A stretch of DNA of 64,000 nt from positions 682,001-746,000 of the forward strand of contig OY253678.1 of NCBI GenBank assembly GCA_958009085.1, in the 5' to 3' direction. The position numbers and the translations under genes were made by a program. The notes beneath the pieces were generated by a model. That model had not been told where the DNA came from and made no database searches. It worked only from the letters and a program-made list of their open reading frames with translations. Shown here piece by piece: positions 52,352-63,153 of this stretch; the first letter of the stretch is position 1, and each line of letters opens with the position of its first letter. The stretch comes from Protoeuglena noctilucae (lineage: Eukaryota).

Positions 52352-53929
52352 CTACAGGGGGGGCAAAACCCAGACGAACTCCTCCGCATATGCCCCGCTG
52401 AGCCCCTCCTCCTCCGGCAGACCCCGGCGAGGGTCGCACGAGGCGCTGCACGTGTAGACGGCGATGGTGCCGAAGTCGAGTGACTCAGAGGCCTCTGCGT
52501 CCTGTCCCAGGTAGTGCACTAGGTGGGGCAACACCTGAAACTCGAAGCGCCGGGCCGAGCCGCACAGGGGACAGGGCAGGATGTCTGCGGACAGGACATG
52601 GACACAGTGGATGGTTTCGATGGCGATGGCTGGCCGGGGCCCACAGCTGTGGGTAGCAATCACTTGTGAGGGTCAAGGGCCGCGCGACTGCCCTCTTGTG
52701 GTCGTTACCGCGTCGCGCTGGCCGAGTCTCACCTGCTGGGTCCGGCAGGTTGCGGCGCGACGGCCACAGGGGTTCTGCCCCGTCTTGGAAGCAATACCGC
52801 AGCACCTGCCCGGGCGCTCCGTCCACCCTGGCCTGGAAACTGGCGAATGTTGCGCGCTCCCGGTCGTTCCCCGCCCCCGTCAGCGACCCAGCCACCGCTT
52901 CCAACTCTCCGGCGTCGACATGCTCCCCGTCCTGGCCCTGCCGGCGCTCGTACTCCTCCAGCACTCGCTGCACCTCGGCGTCCCTCCCGGCCTGCGAAGG
53001 CTAGCGCACCAACAGTTGCAAGAGCCATACGGGACAAAGCGTGGTGTCAAAGGTTGTGCCCGCGGCGTCCACACTCCTTGGCAGCGGCTTCAGACTCCGG
53101 CTCCACCACCAGCTCCCGCTCCGGGAAGGCCCGCAGCAGGGTCGCTGCGTCGCCCCCCTGAGCCCCTCTCTCGCGTGCGACGACGCCCCAGCGGTCGCGA
53201 GAGGCCGCAAGAGCCGCGAGGTCATCCGGGAGCGCCGAAGGAGGGGCACCGTCGGGCGCCGGGTCCGATGGATAGAAGGCGTTGTCCCGAGGCAGCTGGC
53301 ACCGGAAGGCCCGCACGGCGCCGCGCCGATGGACCTGCTGGACTGCCGGGGTCGTGAAAACGAATATCGCGCGGTGGAAGGCGTGGTCGACGTCCTCCAC
53401 GGGCGCGTACACTTGCAGCAAGAAGTCGAGGGGCTTCCCTGTGATGCTGCACGTCAATTGCGCGGTTCCGGGGACGTCCACCGGGTCCAGCCACGCGGGA
53501 CTGCCCCCGACCTGCGAGGGGCGACGAAGCGCGTCTGCTCACAGTCTCGCGCGACGCCAGGCGACGAAGGAGGGCAGCGGCCGCCGCCGCCCTTGTGTTG
53601 CAGAGCTCGCCGCCACGCCAACATGCGCTTATGCACGCAAAGCAGCCGCAGCAGGTTCAGAATCGATGCAGCTATCGATGAGGGCGCAACCCGGCGGCTC
53701 TCGCACCTTGGACGGGAAGCGGTGCCGCTGCAGCGTGGCAGGGTCCTCATCCTGGCAAAATCCGAGCATCCACTGCACAAAAGTGAGGCCCTGGCTATGT
53801 ATCATGCATCATCACTCCCAATCCGCATCTATACGCCAGCGACAGGCCACCAGGGCTTCTGCAGCGCCCTGCGAGGGGCACCTCCAGCTCGTCATCGCTG
53901 CCCTCATCGTCCGACGTGTTATTCGACAT
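52352..53929 (-). CDS. PDCD2: PDCD2/Tsr4 family protein (uS5 chaperone)
   Basis: 'RHRFPSK|VGGSPAWL', 'FLLQVYAP...AFHRAIFVF', 'FRCQLPRDNAFY', 'PGQVLRY', 'CPLCGSARRFEFQVLP', 'LDFGTIAVYTCSASC...YAEEFVW'. Confidence 0.92.
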
Positions 53930-54305
53930 CGTGATGCAACAGGAATCGCGTTGGATTGCAGAAATCAGTCGGCGCAAACGCGATGGGGACGTGAATAGGG
54001 CCTTTGCCTTTACGTGCACTTGCTTTGTGATAAGCACTGGATTTGCAACCCAGCTGCCGTGTAAGATCGCTTATGTCTTCAGCTCCCGTTGCAGCCCGGT
54101 ATTGTTTCACTGCCCCGGTCTGTCTATGCCTGACGGTGCCACCGCATGCGCGAGAACGCCAGCGTCCCGGCAAGCACAGACGGCCAGACATGCTGGCGAG
54201 CCTCCCCATCTTCCCCGAGTCTGCCTGGCTCACAATCTTGAAGATTGCATTTCACGACCTCGCACACCAACCACGCGGCGTGCCCGCCGTCGCACCACCC
54301 CGCGC

Positions 54306-57144
54306 CTACTGCGCCTGCTCCCGTGCGCCCCTCTGGCGCCCTGCTTTCTCCGTCGGGGCCACGTGGACCCGCACGTCGCACGTCCACCCCTGCTCCAGCA
54401 CCTTGAACGCGGCCTCTTCCATTTCGCGCGACGTCCTGCGTGCGGAATGGGATGTCATTTGGTAGTCCAGAGTTGTTACCCACGTCACCCTGCAAGCCTT
54501 TTTTGGCATCTACAATACAGCCACGCTCGCCTGAGGGCGTCCTGCAGCTTCCGCTGCTTGACCGCCGCACTCGGTTGCCTCTGCCGCTGCTGCGCCCCGC
54601 CCTGCTTCTTCCGCGCCAACCACTCCCGGAACCGCTGCTCGTTCTCCTCCTGTTTCTGGCGCTCCTCCTCCAAGAAGTCATCTGCGTGTCAAGGGCACGT
54701 GCCGCACGAGCTAGCGACCGGGCGCAGCAATGGGGTGAGGGCCGGCCGGCCGCTGGCGCGCGGCAGCACGCACCGATCGTCTGCTTGTCCCCCGCCTCCC
54801 GCGCCTTCAGGCCCCGCTCCTTGCGCCGCTCGGCGTCCTGCGCCAGCCACGCCTGGAACGCCGCCTGGTTCCTCTGCTTGCGCTCCGCCAGCTCCTCCTG
54901 GGAAAAGGCACCAACACGCCCATTAGCGGCGCTCCAATGTAAAGCTAAGTTTGCCGCAGAAGATGCGGGCGTGACACGCTGTCGAGAATAGCCACGCATG
55001 CTGTGCTGGCCCCTGCCCAACCCGGCACCAGTCCCCAGGGCATGCTCTCCCTGCACCAGTCAGCACCCCGAAATCACCTCCGCCTTCTTCTGCTCCTTTT
55101 TCTTCGACAGCCGCTCCATCCGCGCCTTCTGCGCCGCTGCCTCCTTCTCCTCGAGCCAAGTCAGCACCGAAGCCTTGGTCTCCTCCAAATGACGTGCGGC
55201 GCGGATGCGGGCCGCCACCTGCAAGCGCAACCGACACTGGCACACGCCTGGTGAGTTGCGCTACCCATGAGACCCCCAACGGCCGTGAGTCACGACGTGT
55301 AGGCCTTCCCAAACTCGTCAGCTGCCCATGCGCTCATGCCAATGCACGACCCCATGCCCACCCGCCCCAGCCCCTCGCCTGCGGACATCCCTCGGCCGCC
55401 GCCTGCGCCTCGAGCTCATCCATGCGGGCCTGGTCCCCGATTTCGATCGCGATGGACGCCTGCAGGTCCAGCTGCGCCGCGTGGACCGCCCGCTCCGCAC
55501 GCCGGTACTGCTCTGACGTCTCCTCGTCCAGCTCCACTTCGTCGCCGTCCGCTTGGCCCGCCACCGTGCACGCGATGGCGTCCAGGGTGCGAGGGAGGAT
55601 GTCGGCGTGGTGGAAGCGACACGCGTACGACACCTCGTTGGCGAGGGAGTTGAGGTACACGACCGCGTGCGCGAGCTCCACGTAGCGGTTGGTCTCCGGG
55701 ACACCCATGCGCTGCGGGGACGTTCGATAGTTACAGAGGTCAGTGCCAGACACGCCGCAGCATGCGTGAACGTCACCGAGGTTCGTCACCCAGGACTCAC
55801 CTGAGCTGCCGCGAGGAGCTGCCCGACGGCGCTCATGTCGAGATCGATGACCCGCATCGCCAGCTTGCGCTCCAGGTTGGCCACGGTCGACGTCCGGCTC
55901 CCAGGCGAACCCTCCGCCTCCACCTGCAGAAGGGCGCAGCTTAGACGCGCTCCCGGACGCGACGCACCCACTTGCGCCCTCACACAGCATCAGGCCAGCC
56001 CTCAAGGTCTCACCTTGGAGCCCGACGCGCGGCCCACGTCGCGCATGGGCTTGGGGCGCTTGCCGCGCTTGCCCTTGCCATGCCCGTGGGACCCCCGGGT
56101 CGTCGCGTGTGGCGAGGCGTCCAGAGACTCGGCCACCGGGGGAGCGGGGCTCGACTGGCTGGCAAGTGGCTCGTCCACAGCGCCCCAGTCACGTGGTGCA
56201 CCTCCATCTGCGGCTTGCCCGGCCCCCGGAGGCCTCCGCGGCGACATCTGCACCGTCACAGAGTTGTCCTCCGCCACGCCGATGTCCACCTGGACGCCGT
56301 GGGAGTAGTCGTGGCCGTGCTCCGTGCTGCTGTCGCCCCTCCCGCCGACGCCACCCTCCGGCCCCGCCTCCTCGGCCGGTGCTGCCGACGCGTCGCCCCC
56401 CGCTGCGTCCGCGCCGGCGTCTGCGCCTCCAGAGTTCAAGTCCCCGCGGTCCAGCGCCCCTCGCGCAGCTGCGGATGGCGTGTGGGAGCCACGTTCTGGG
56501 CCTCGCCAAGGCAGCGGAGACTGCGATGAGGAGGCCAACATGTGTCATATTGTGCCCACTCACCGAGCTGGATGATGGCCGCAGCTTCCGCTCTGCTCAT
56601 ATCTCGTGCAATGTCCCGTTGTGTCGTAGCTTCTCCGGCGCCGGTTCCAGCTTCCTCCGCGTCGCGGACGTGGGCTTCCTCGACCAGCGTGTCCAAGGTG
56701 CTCGGCGGGTCGCTTTGTCCCTCCGCTGGAGGTGGTGGTCCGTAGCTCGTCTCCGCTAAATCGGCTTCGGGGGTGCGAGCGCCTTCAGCGACCTGCTCTT
56801 GCGACACCTCGCCCTTCGAGGCCCCTGCTGGCTCTTTCGCGAGGTCTTCGGGCGTATCCTGGGGTCGCGGAAACGCGCGACTCGATGGAGTGAAAGACAC
56901 GGTAAAGATGTGTCAGAAAGCGCATGCAGTTCGGCCAGGCTAGCGGGCATCGACGCGCAACGGCCTCCAGCCTGCACATGTCGCGGCACACCTTCGCGGC
57001 CGCATCGCCCTCGCGGCCCTCGTCTGCCGCGGTGTGCGCCTCCGCCATCATATCATTGTGACCATCCTCTGCAGGCGCAGAAGTCTCAGCGAGGACCCCG
57101 TCCCCGCCCTCGCTGGGCGGAGGCGGATCGGTAGGCTCAGACAT
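54306..57144 (-). CDS. Acidic N-terminal, coiled-coil protein with CCDC34/CCDC181-like 'F..WL..K' repeats
   Basis: Multi-exon. 'TKASVLTWLEEKE', 'NQAAFQAWLAQD', 'NEQRFREWLARKK'. Confidence 0.6.
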
Positions 57145-57267
57145 GGGCACCCAGCGCCCAACGATGCACTACCGTGCTACTCAGACCGAGCAAAGTGAGC
57201 TCGCCTCTTCTCTCCGCGAGATGTTTTTCACAGCTTCCGCTCTGTCAGCGTCACTGACGCAGTGATG

Positions 57268-57283
57268 CATCATCGGGAAAACC
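57268..57283 (+). repeat. Left terminal inverted repeat
   Basis: CATCATCGGGAAAACC; imperfect similarity to the right end extends to ~57308. Confidence 0.9.
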
Positions 57284-57302
57284 CGGCGATTTGACGTCAC
57301 TC

Positions 57303-57420
57303 GGATCAGAAGGATCGCGGGAATCACTGGATTCATCCCAGTGATCCCCGGGAATCGCCGGGATCATCCCCGTGATCCCGGCGATCCCCGCCACTGCCGC
57401 AGTGATCCCAGCGATCCCGG
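57303..57420. repeat. Left subterminal repeat array (GGGATCA/GGAATC and TGATCCC units, both orientations)
   Basis: ggatca, ggatcg, ggaatca, gtgatcccc, ggaatcg, ggatcatccc, gtgatccc, cgatcccc, gtgatccc, cgatccc within ~120 bp. Confidence 0.85.
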
Positions 57421-57962
57421 GCCGCGGCCCTGACGCGCGTGCGCGCCCCCGCGTTTGCTCAGGGGGCTCGAGAGGAGGCGGAGAGACCGCACATTTGCTA
57501 GTTGGTGCTAATGACTGCCTCGGAGGCCCCTCTCGCGTCCTAAAGCTTGCTCCAGCATGCAGACGGGGGCCGTCGACGCATCCGGGGTCCGCTTCCCCTG
57601 CGCCGCCGCTGTTCAACGTGAGATGTCCATATCTATGCGATGAGCGGGAGCTCGCGGGCTCGCCGGGCCCCCGGGGGCGCCGGGGAGGTCCCCGTGCTCG
57701 ACCAGGCCTACCGCCGCCGCGGCCGCGATCGGGCACGCAGCGCTTGGCCTATGGATTGAGGTGACCTAAATCTCGCTAGCTGCGGCGCCTTTGCCGGCTA
57801 CGCCGCACGGAGGTGGCTGCTGCATGGGAGGTGAGCCGTCCCCGCCGTCATGGCGCTGCGGATGGGGGCGCGGGGCTGGCTTCGGAGAATTATCTCGATA
57901 CAGATGACATCGCCGGCGTCGGGGACCTGGCACCGCGAGCATCGGGGAGCTCCTGGGGTCAC

Positions 57963-60900
57963 CTACTCCTCGCCGCCGCTGGCGTGGTGCTCCCAGACCT
58001 GCTGCACGTGGCCGCAGTGAAGAAGCTTCCCAGCAACTTTCACGGCGTGAAGCTGCCGCCGAAGGTTGCGGAGGGGCACGCACTTCAGAGCCTCGCCCTC
58101 CGCAGGCTCCAGGAGCGACAGCTGGGGAGGCTGCAGCGCTCCCAGGTTGGTGTAGAACGACAAGCACTGGTTGGACAGGTACCTCAGGTCGCATGGGGCC
58201 CTGTGCACCGGGGCCACCAGGGCGCAGAGGAAGGTCCCGGCACCGGAGCTGGTCTTCGCCTCAACCCCGCACACGACCCTGCCCGTCTGCAGCGTGCCCC
58301 TGTCCGGGAGGTACTCGACGAAGGACAGGGTCTCGTCGGTGGCGACGATCCTGGCCCGGTCCCCGCTGGCCGTCCCGATCTCGACCGTGGAGGTCAGCGC
58401 GACCTCGCCCAAGACGTGGCAGGGAAGCCCCGCGCCCTTGAGGGCGTTCAGGAGGTCCGCCTTAGAAACGAAGTCTTCCGCGCGTCCCTCGCTGCACAGG
58501 TCGTTCTTCTTCAGGACGGTCTTCACGCCCTTCACTTGGTCCTCGGGCTGGGACGGGACCGGCTGCTCCGCCCTCGCCCGGCTCTTGATGACGGAGGCCG
58601 CCCTCTGAGAGATGACGCTGGTGCTCGCCTGCGACAGGGCTCGGGGGTCAGTCCAGCGCGGCTCAGCATGGCACGCGGGTCGAGCGCCGTGCGACCGCAT
58701 CGAGACGTGTGAGTCGCAAGAAACGCGTCCTGCGTGGGCTTCCCCGCGTCGCCTACGCTGGGCGGCGCTTCTTGCCTGTACCTGCACGTCGCCCTTGCCG
58801 TTCGTGCGCGCGTTGGCAATGGGCTTGTGCATGCGCTCGGCGTCGTTCATGCTGCCCAACATGATGGAGCCGTTCCTCGCCACCACTGCAGGGAAATGCG
58901 AAAGCGCGTGGCACTTCTGGCTGTTCTCGATCTTGCTGAAGAGGGGCTTCTCCGTGCGGACGATTTCGTGGCCACGCAGCAGCGTCTTGAGCACGACCTG
59001 CGGCGACACGGCAGCGACAAGGCTTCCAGAGTGAGTAAGGGGCAGCGAACGATGGGGCTGGTGTTGGAGAAGGCCTCACGTGGAGGACCTTATTCAGCTG
59101 CGCGTCCGCCGCCTGCGCCCCTGCGATGGTGGCGCTCTCCAGGGACCATTCGGCATAGAGCTGAAGGCATGCCAGGGCTACGGCCACGAGCCCAACCCTC
59201 TCGTCGTGCACGTCTTTGCTGCCCGTAGGCTCTGCAAGGGATGTGGTGGTGGGGAAACACTCCCGGGGTTCCCCGGCCCGCATCGCGATACCCGCAGCTC
59301 CTCCCGATGCCCTCGCAGCGCTGACTGTCGGCCTCGCCTCGAGAGAAGAGCTCGACGAGGGCGAAAGGCAGAGCTTGGATCAAGAACCTCGCCTCGTACG
59401 CCTTTATCTTCCCAAACGGGTCCACGAGGCTCAGCACGATATGGAAGGTCTCGCCCCACGGACGGGCGTGGATCCATGCCGGGGCCTGCGCTCCACCCAC
59501 ACGACGATGGACATGCCAGGTGAATACCGAGCAGCTGCGGCGCCACTGCAGGCAACGCACGCCATTGCCTGACCTGCAGCTCACCTTGGCATCCGCAATG
59601 ATCGATGCGAACGCAGCCAAGAGGGCGTTTGCCTTTGTCGCAGACTCTCCCGCTGCCGCGTTGTTGTAGAGGACGGTCAGTATGCAGAAGGGAACAGTCT
59701 TGCCCAACATTCCCAGTTCCACGGTGTGCATGGGGTCAGGTGCTTGGCCCTGATACAAGTCCGACCCGAACTCGTCCCAGTACGACAGGGCAGGAACCAC
59801 AGGATGAATTTTGCTCTCCCTGGCTTGTTCGTTGGCCCTGGCCGTCCCCACGTCCCTCCTCAAGCGCAGGATGTGCTGCACCTGGAGGCGATGCAGCGCG
59901 ACGGTGCGAGGCGTGCGGCAGTCATCCTGGAGGCACAGCGGGCACGACCTGACGGCCAGCGTGGACGAGTTGGCCATCATGTCGTTCAGCTGCGCCGCCA
60001 AGACGGGAAAGACGATGACTCTCCCGACGTCGGGGAGGGTCATCCACACCCCACCGGACCTCGCCACGCCAATCAGCTGCCGGTCCACGGCAGCCAGCCG
60101 CCGCTGGATGGCCTCTCTGTTGTTCAGGTCTGCCTGTGACCCCGGAGTGATCCCGGACACCTGCGGGGGCCTCGAGCGACAACTCATACACGCGGCGTGG
60201 TGGTGGACGTGTGGGCTGCAACGCCGGCAATCCTCCTCTCGCCTTCATGGACTCGACGGTGGCCACGGTTCGCGGCGTCCCTGTCCTCACGGCCTTGCAA
60301 GGCGACAGGAGGTGCATGTGGATGGGCGTCGTCGATGCGCCCTTGGTCATCTCCACCCCGTCGATGCTGTACGCGACGGGCACGAGGAGCAGCCGGGCGT
60401 GCAGCTCGGGGCGGACTTTGCCAGCGACAGCCTCGGCTATGTCGCTATACCCCTTCGCCCGGGAGAAGGTGAGCTTCTCGTGGATGCTGGGATGCGTCTC
60501 ATGTGGTCTCGCCCGCGCCTGGCGTGACCGTTCCCGTGCCTCGCTGAAGTCTCGCATCAACTTAACGAGCGTCTTGGGCTTGATCTGCTCCGCGTGCACC
60601 AGCATGTCCCTCAGCACCGTTATCGTTTGGTAGATGATGGTTGTGCTGCCCTCCTCTTGCAAAACCTGCAGGCCGTGCGTGCACTGGTTGGCGTCAGCCC
60701 CCTCGGCCGCGTCCGAGGCCCTCGACACAAGCGGCACCGCGGCGTGACGCACCTCGTACTGGCCATGGATGCTGTTGAGTGAGGTGTGGAACGTGCGGTG
60801 GGAGCGCCCGAGGTCGAGAAGGTCGTCGCGGATGTCGGGGCGCAGCTTCACGAAGCAATCGAAATGCGCTGCCGTCAGCGATGCCATGAACTGCGCCCCT

Positions 60901-61421
60901 GCTTCAAGTTGGCTCAGGTACTCATCGTCACTGTCCCTGCTCCTGGCCCGCCATGCCTCCAGGTCCTCCGGCAGCTTCAGCGGTTCGTACTCCCCGGGCG
61001 CAGGAAGGTAGGAGACTCCAGGAGCGTCCTCTTGGGGCGCATCATGCGCTCCGGCGCTCTCGGGCGGTTCACCCCTCTCCGAGTCAATGTCCACGTCCAT
61101 GTCCACGTCCGTGTCGGCGTAGTGGAGCCACGCGAGTCCTACATCTTCGCTCTCGCCATCACTGCCCGCAGCAACGTCCGCCGTCCCGTCTTCCTCCCGC
61201 AGTTCTTGGTCTGGTCCCGCGCTGGCGCTGTCGCGTGCCAGCCCGTCCGAGCCTCGCAGAGACGGAGAGACATAGTGTTCGTGTGGGGCGGCGGGGCGGG
61301 GTGCTTCCTGGCGGCTCTCCTCGCCATATCTCCAGCCCCACAGCGCAGGGCATCTTTGCTGATGCCGGGCGAGCTTGGCCGGGGTATCGAATTGCGTTCC
61401 ACACGCGTCGCATTCGAGCAT
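57963..61421 (-). CDS. Plavaka transposase with N-terminal C2H2 zinc finger (about 7 coding exons)
   Basis: 'CDACGTQFDTPAKLARHQQRC'; 'VPVAYSIDG...PIHMHL'; 'GVWMTLPD...VFPVLAAQLND...CPLC'; 'APDPMHTVELGM'; 'KCHALSHFPAVVARNGS...AERMHK'. Predicted introns 60666-60752, 60161-60242, 59486-59584, 59232-59337, 58998-59079 and 58629-58775 give an uninterrupted frame. Confidence 0.82.
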
Positions 61422-62681
61422 GGTGAGCTGCAGCGCAGGTTGCGATGCAGGGTTCAAGGCGGGCATGGTGAGGGCGTGGAAGCGGAGGTGAGGAAAGTCC
61501 AGCGCGCGCTCTGAGGGTCAGGCAGGCTCAGGGGTCGTCAGTCCTCCAGGCAAGCGGGGGTGGATTGCAGGGCTGCAGCGACAGCACCGCGCACAGGTGA
61601 GGCTCGGCGCTGCTGGTGCGAACAGCGCTGGATCATCGTCCCTCTCTAGGGTGAGAGTGCAGCCTGCTGCTGAGCCATCTGCGAGGTGTGCTGACGTGGC
61701 TGGGGAGGGGAGGGGCCAGCTCCCGTGAGGTGAGATGCAGCATACGCATGACTAGATCAGGTCGGACATTGTCGCTGTCCCCAAGGTGCGCGGTTGGTCT
61801 GCTGCGCTACCGGTGGGGTCTGCGACACGGTCAGGTGTGCAAGGGGGGGTTGGTTGGCTGGGAGGGACGAAGGGCTGGTCCGCCAGCGTGGTATCTCTGT
61901 ACTTGCTAACTGTACCTGGCACCGTGCCTGCACTCTCTCACCCCGAGACTGACTCTAACTTCGCCTAAAAAGCACGCAGGCGCACGTGCCACCTCGTCCC
62001 AAGTTCCGGCGCTGGTCGGGTGCTGGCCGGGCCCGCCATGGCTCGTCCGCCGACCCATGCCCCTTGTCTGTCGTCTGGCGTCCGCGGCGCCCCGCAGCGG
62101 TGGTCATCGACTCCTGGGGCGGCCGTCGGCACGGCGGAGTCGCGCACGCCACCATCTCCCGAGTGCCTGGCCCGAGTGCCGGAGCGCCGCTCCCCGATGG
62201 AGCGGCAGCGTCCGGAACAAGCGGTCGGTGCCTCTGGCGGTGGTCGCTGCGCGCTCCCGTCGCGCCTGCGGCCGCCCGAGTCCGGCTGCATGTGCGTGCA
62301 TGAGTGCGTTGCCTAGAGCGTCACGGATGGTCATGTAACCTCGGCGTAGGGATTGAAATACCAATAGCTACGCTAGGGAGCGATTACGGGCCGAACGGAG
62401 CCCCCCGGGCCGCGCGGGCCCCGGAGCGCGCGTGCCCAAAAGATGCGTCCGATCGCGATCAAGATAGGTCTGATCGCGGCCGAGAAGGAAGATAGGCGGC
62501 GGGATAGCCTCGGCTAACGCTTCCGGCGCCGCTGCGCTCCCGAGTGGGCCCCGCTCCCCGCGATCCCCGACCACGACGAAATGCCGCGAAACTGCTCCCA
62601 GCGGCCTCTCGCATCCCGGGTGCGCCGTGGCCGTAACCGCGCCGCGTAAAACGGCCTCCCCAGGGAGATCGGGCGCGCGGC

Positions 62682-62812
62682 TGGAATCACTGGGCTCAAT
62701 GAGGGTTTACATTACAGTCTGTGTCGTCAGTGGGATCACTGGGATGATCCCTCTGATACCCCGGGATCAGCGGGATGATCCCCACGATTCCTGGGTATCA
62801 CGGGGATGATCC
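62682..62812. repeat. Right subterminal repeat array
   Basis: ggaatcactggg, gggatcactgggatgatccc, tgatacccc, gggatcag, gggatgatcccc, cgattcc, gggtatcac, gggatgatcc; same unit as the left end. Confidence 0.85.
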
Positions 62813-62830
62813 TACTGACGCCAGACTCGC

Positions 62831-62846
62831 GGTTTTCCCGATGATG
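62831..62846 (-). repeat. Right terminal inverted repeat
   Basis: GGTTTTCCCGATGATG, the exact reverse complement of 57268-57283. Confidence 0.9.
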
Positions 62847-63153
62847 GGATGCTTAATGCTGGCGCTCCTCCTGTTGTCCCTTCGCGTATGTGTCAGCTTA
62901 GGGTTGGGGGCCGTGACAAACCCGTTCCTCGCACCGTACTTGTTCCCATTCACCGCCCCAGCCCCGGCTCGCACTGGCGAAGGCCGCTCGTGCCAAGAGC
63001 GGAAGGTTGCGCTTTCCTCCTGTGTCATTCTTGTCCGTGCCCATCCAATAGTCGAGGGGGAGGGGCTGCAGTGGGTCCCTGCGGGGCCCGCGCGGGGCAC
63101 ATGCAGGTCCGCAACTCACGGCTTTTCGGCCCGCCTCCGGTCGGGAGGGCGTG

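Larger units (their letters stand above)
57268..62847 (-). mobile_element. Plavaka-type (CMC/EnSpm-related) DNA transposon, apparently complete, ~5.6 kb
   Basis: Perfect 16-bp TIR CATCATCGGGAAAACC (57268-57283) and its reverse complement (62831-62846). Subterminal GGGATCA/TGATCCC arrays at both ends, GATG on both flanks, internal transposase. Confidence 0.88.

Noticed and set aside
57303..57420. Repeat cluster as a CRISPR array or ncRNA
   Set aside because: Units are 6-9 bp with no unique spacers and are mirrored at the other end of the transposon, so they are subterminal repeats.
60519..60539. Possible extra tiny GC-AG intron in the transposase
   Set aside because: Only 21 nt, in frame and not required; more likely coding.
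57963..61421. Fanzor/TnpB-type RNA-guided nuclease or TET/JBP cargo in the element
   Set aside because: No RuvC or 2OG-Fe dioxygenase motifs recognised; the coding sequence is explained by a single Plavaka transposase.
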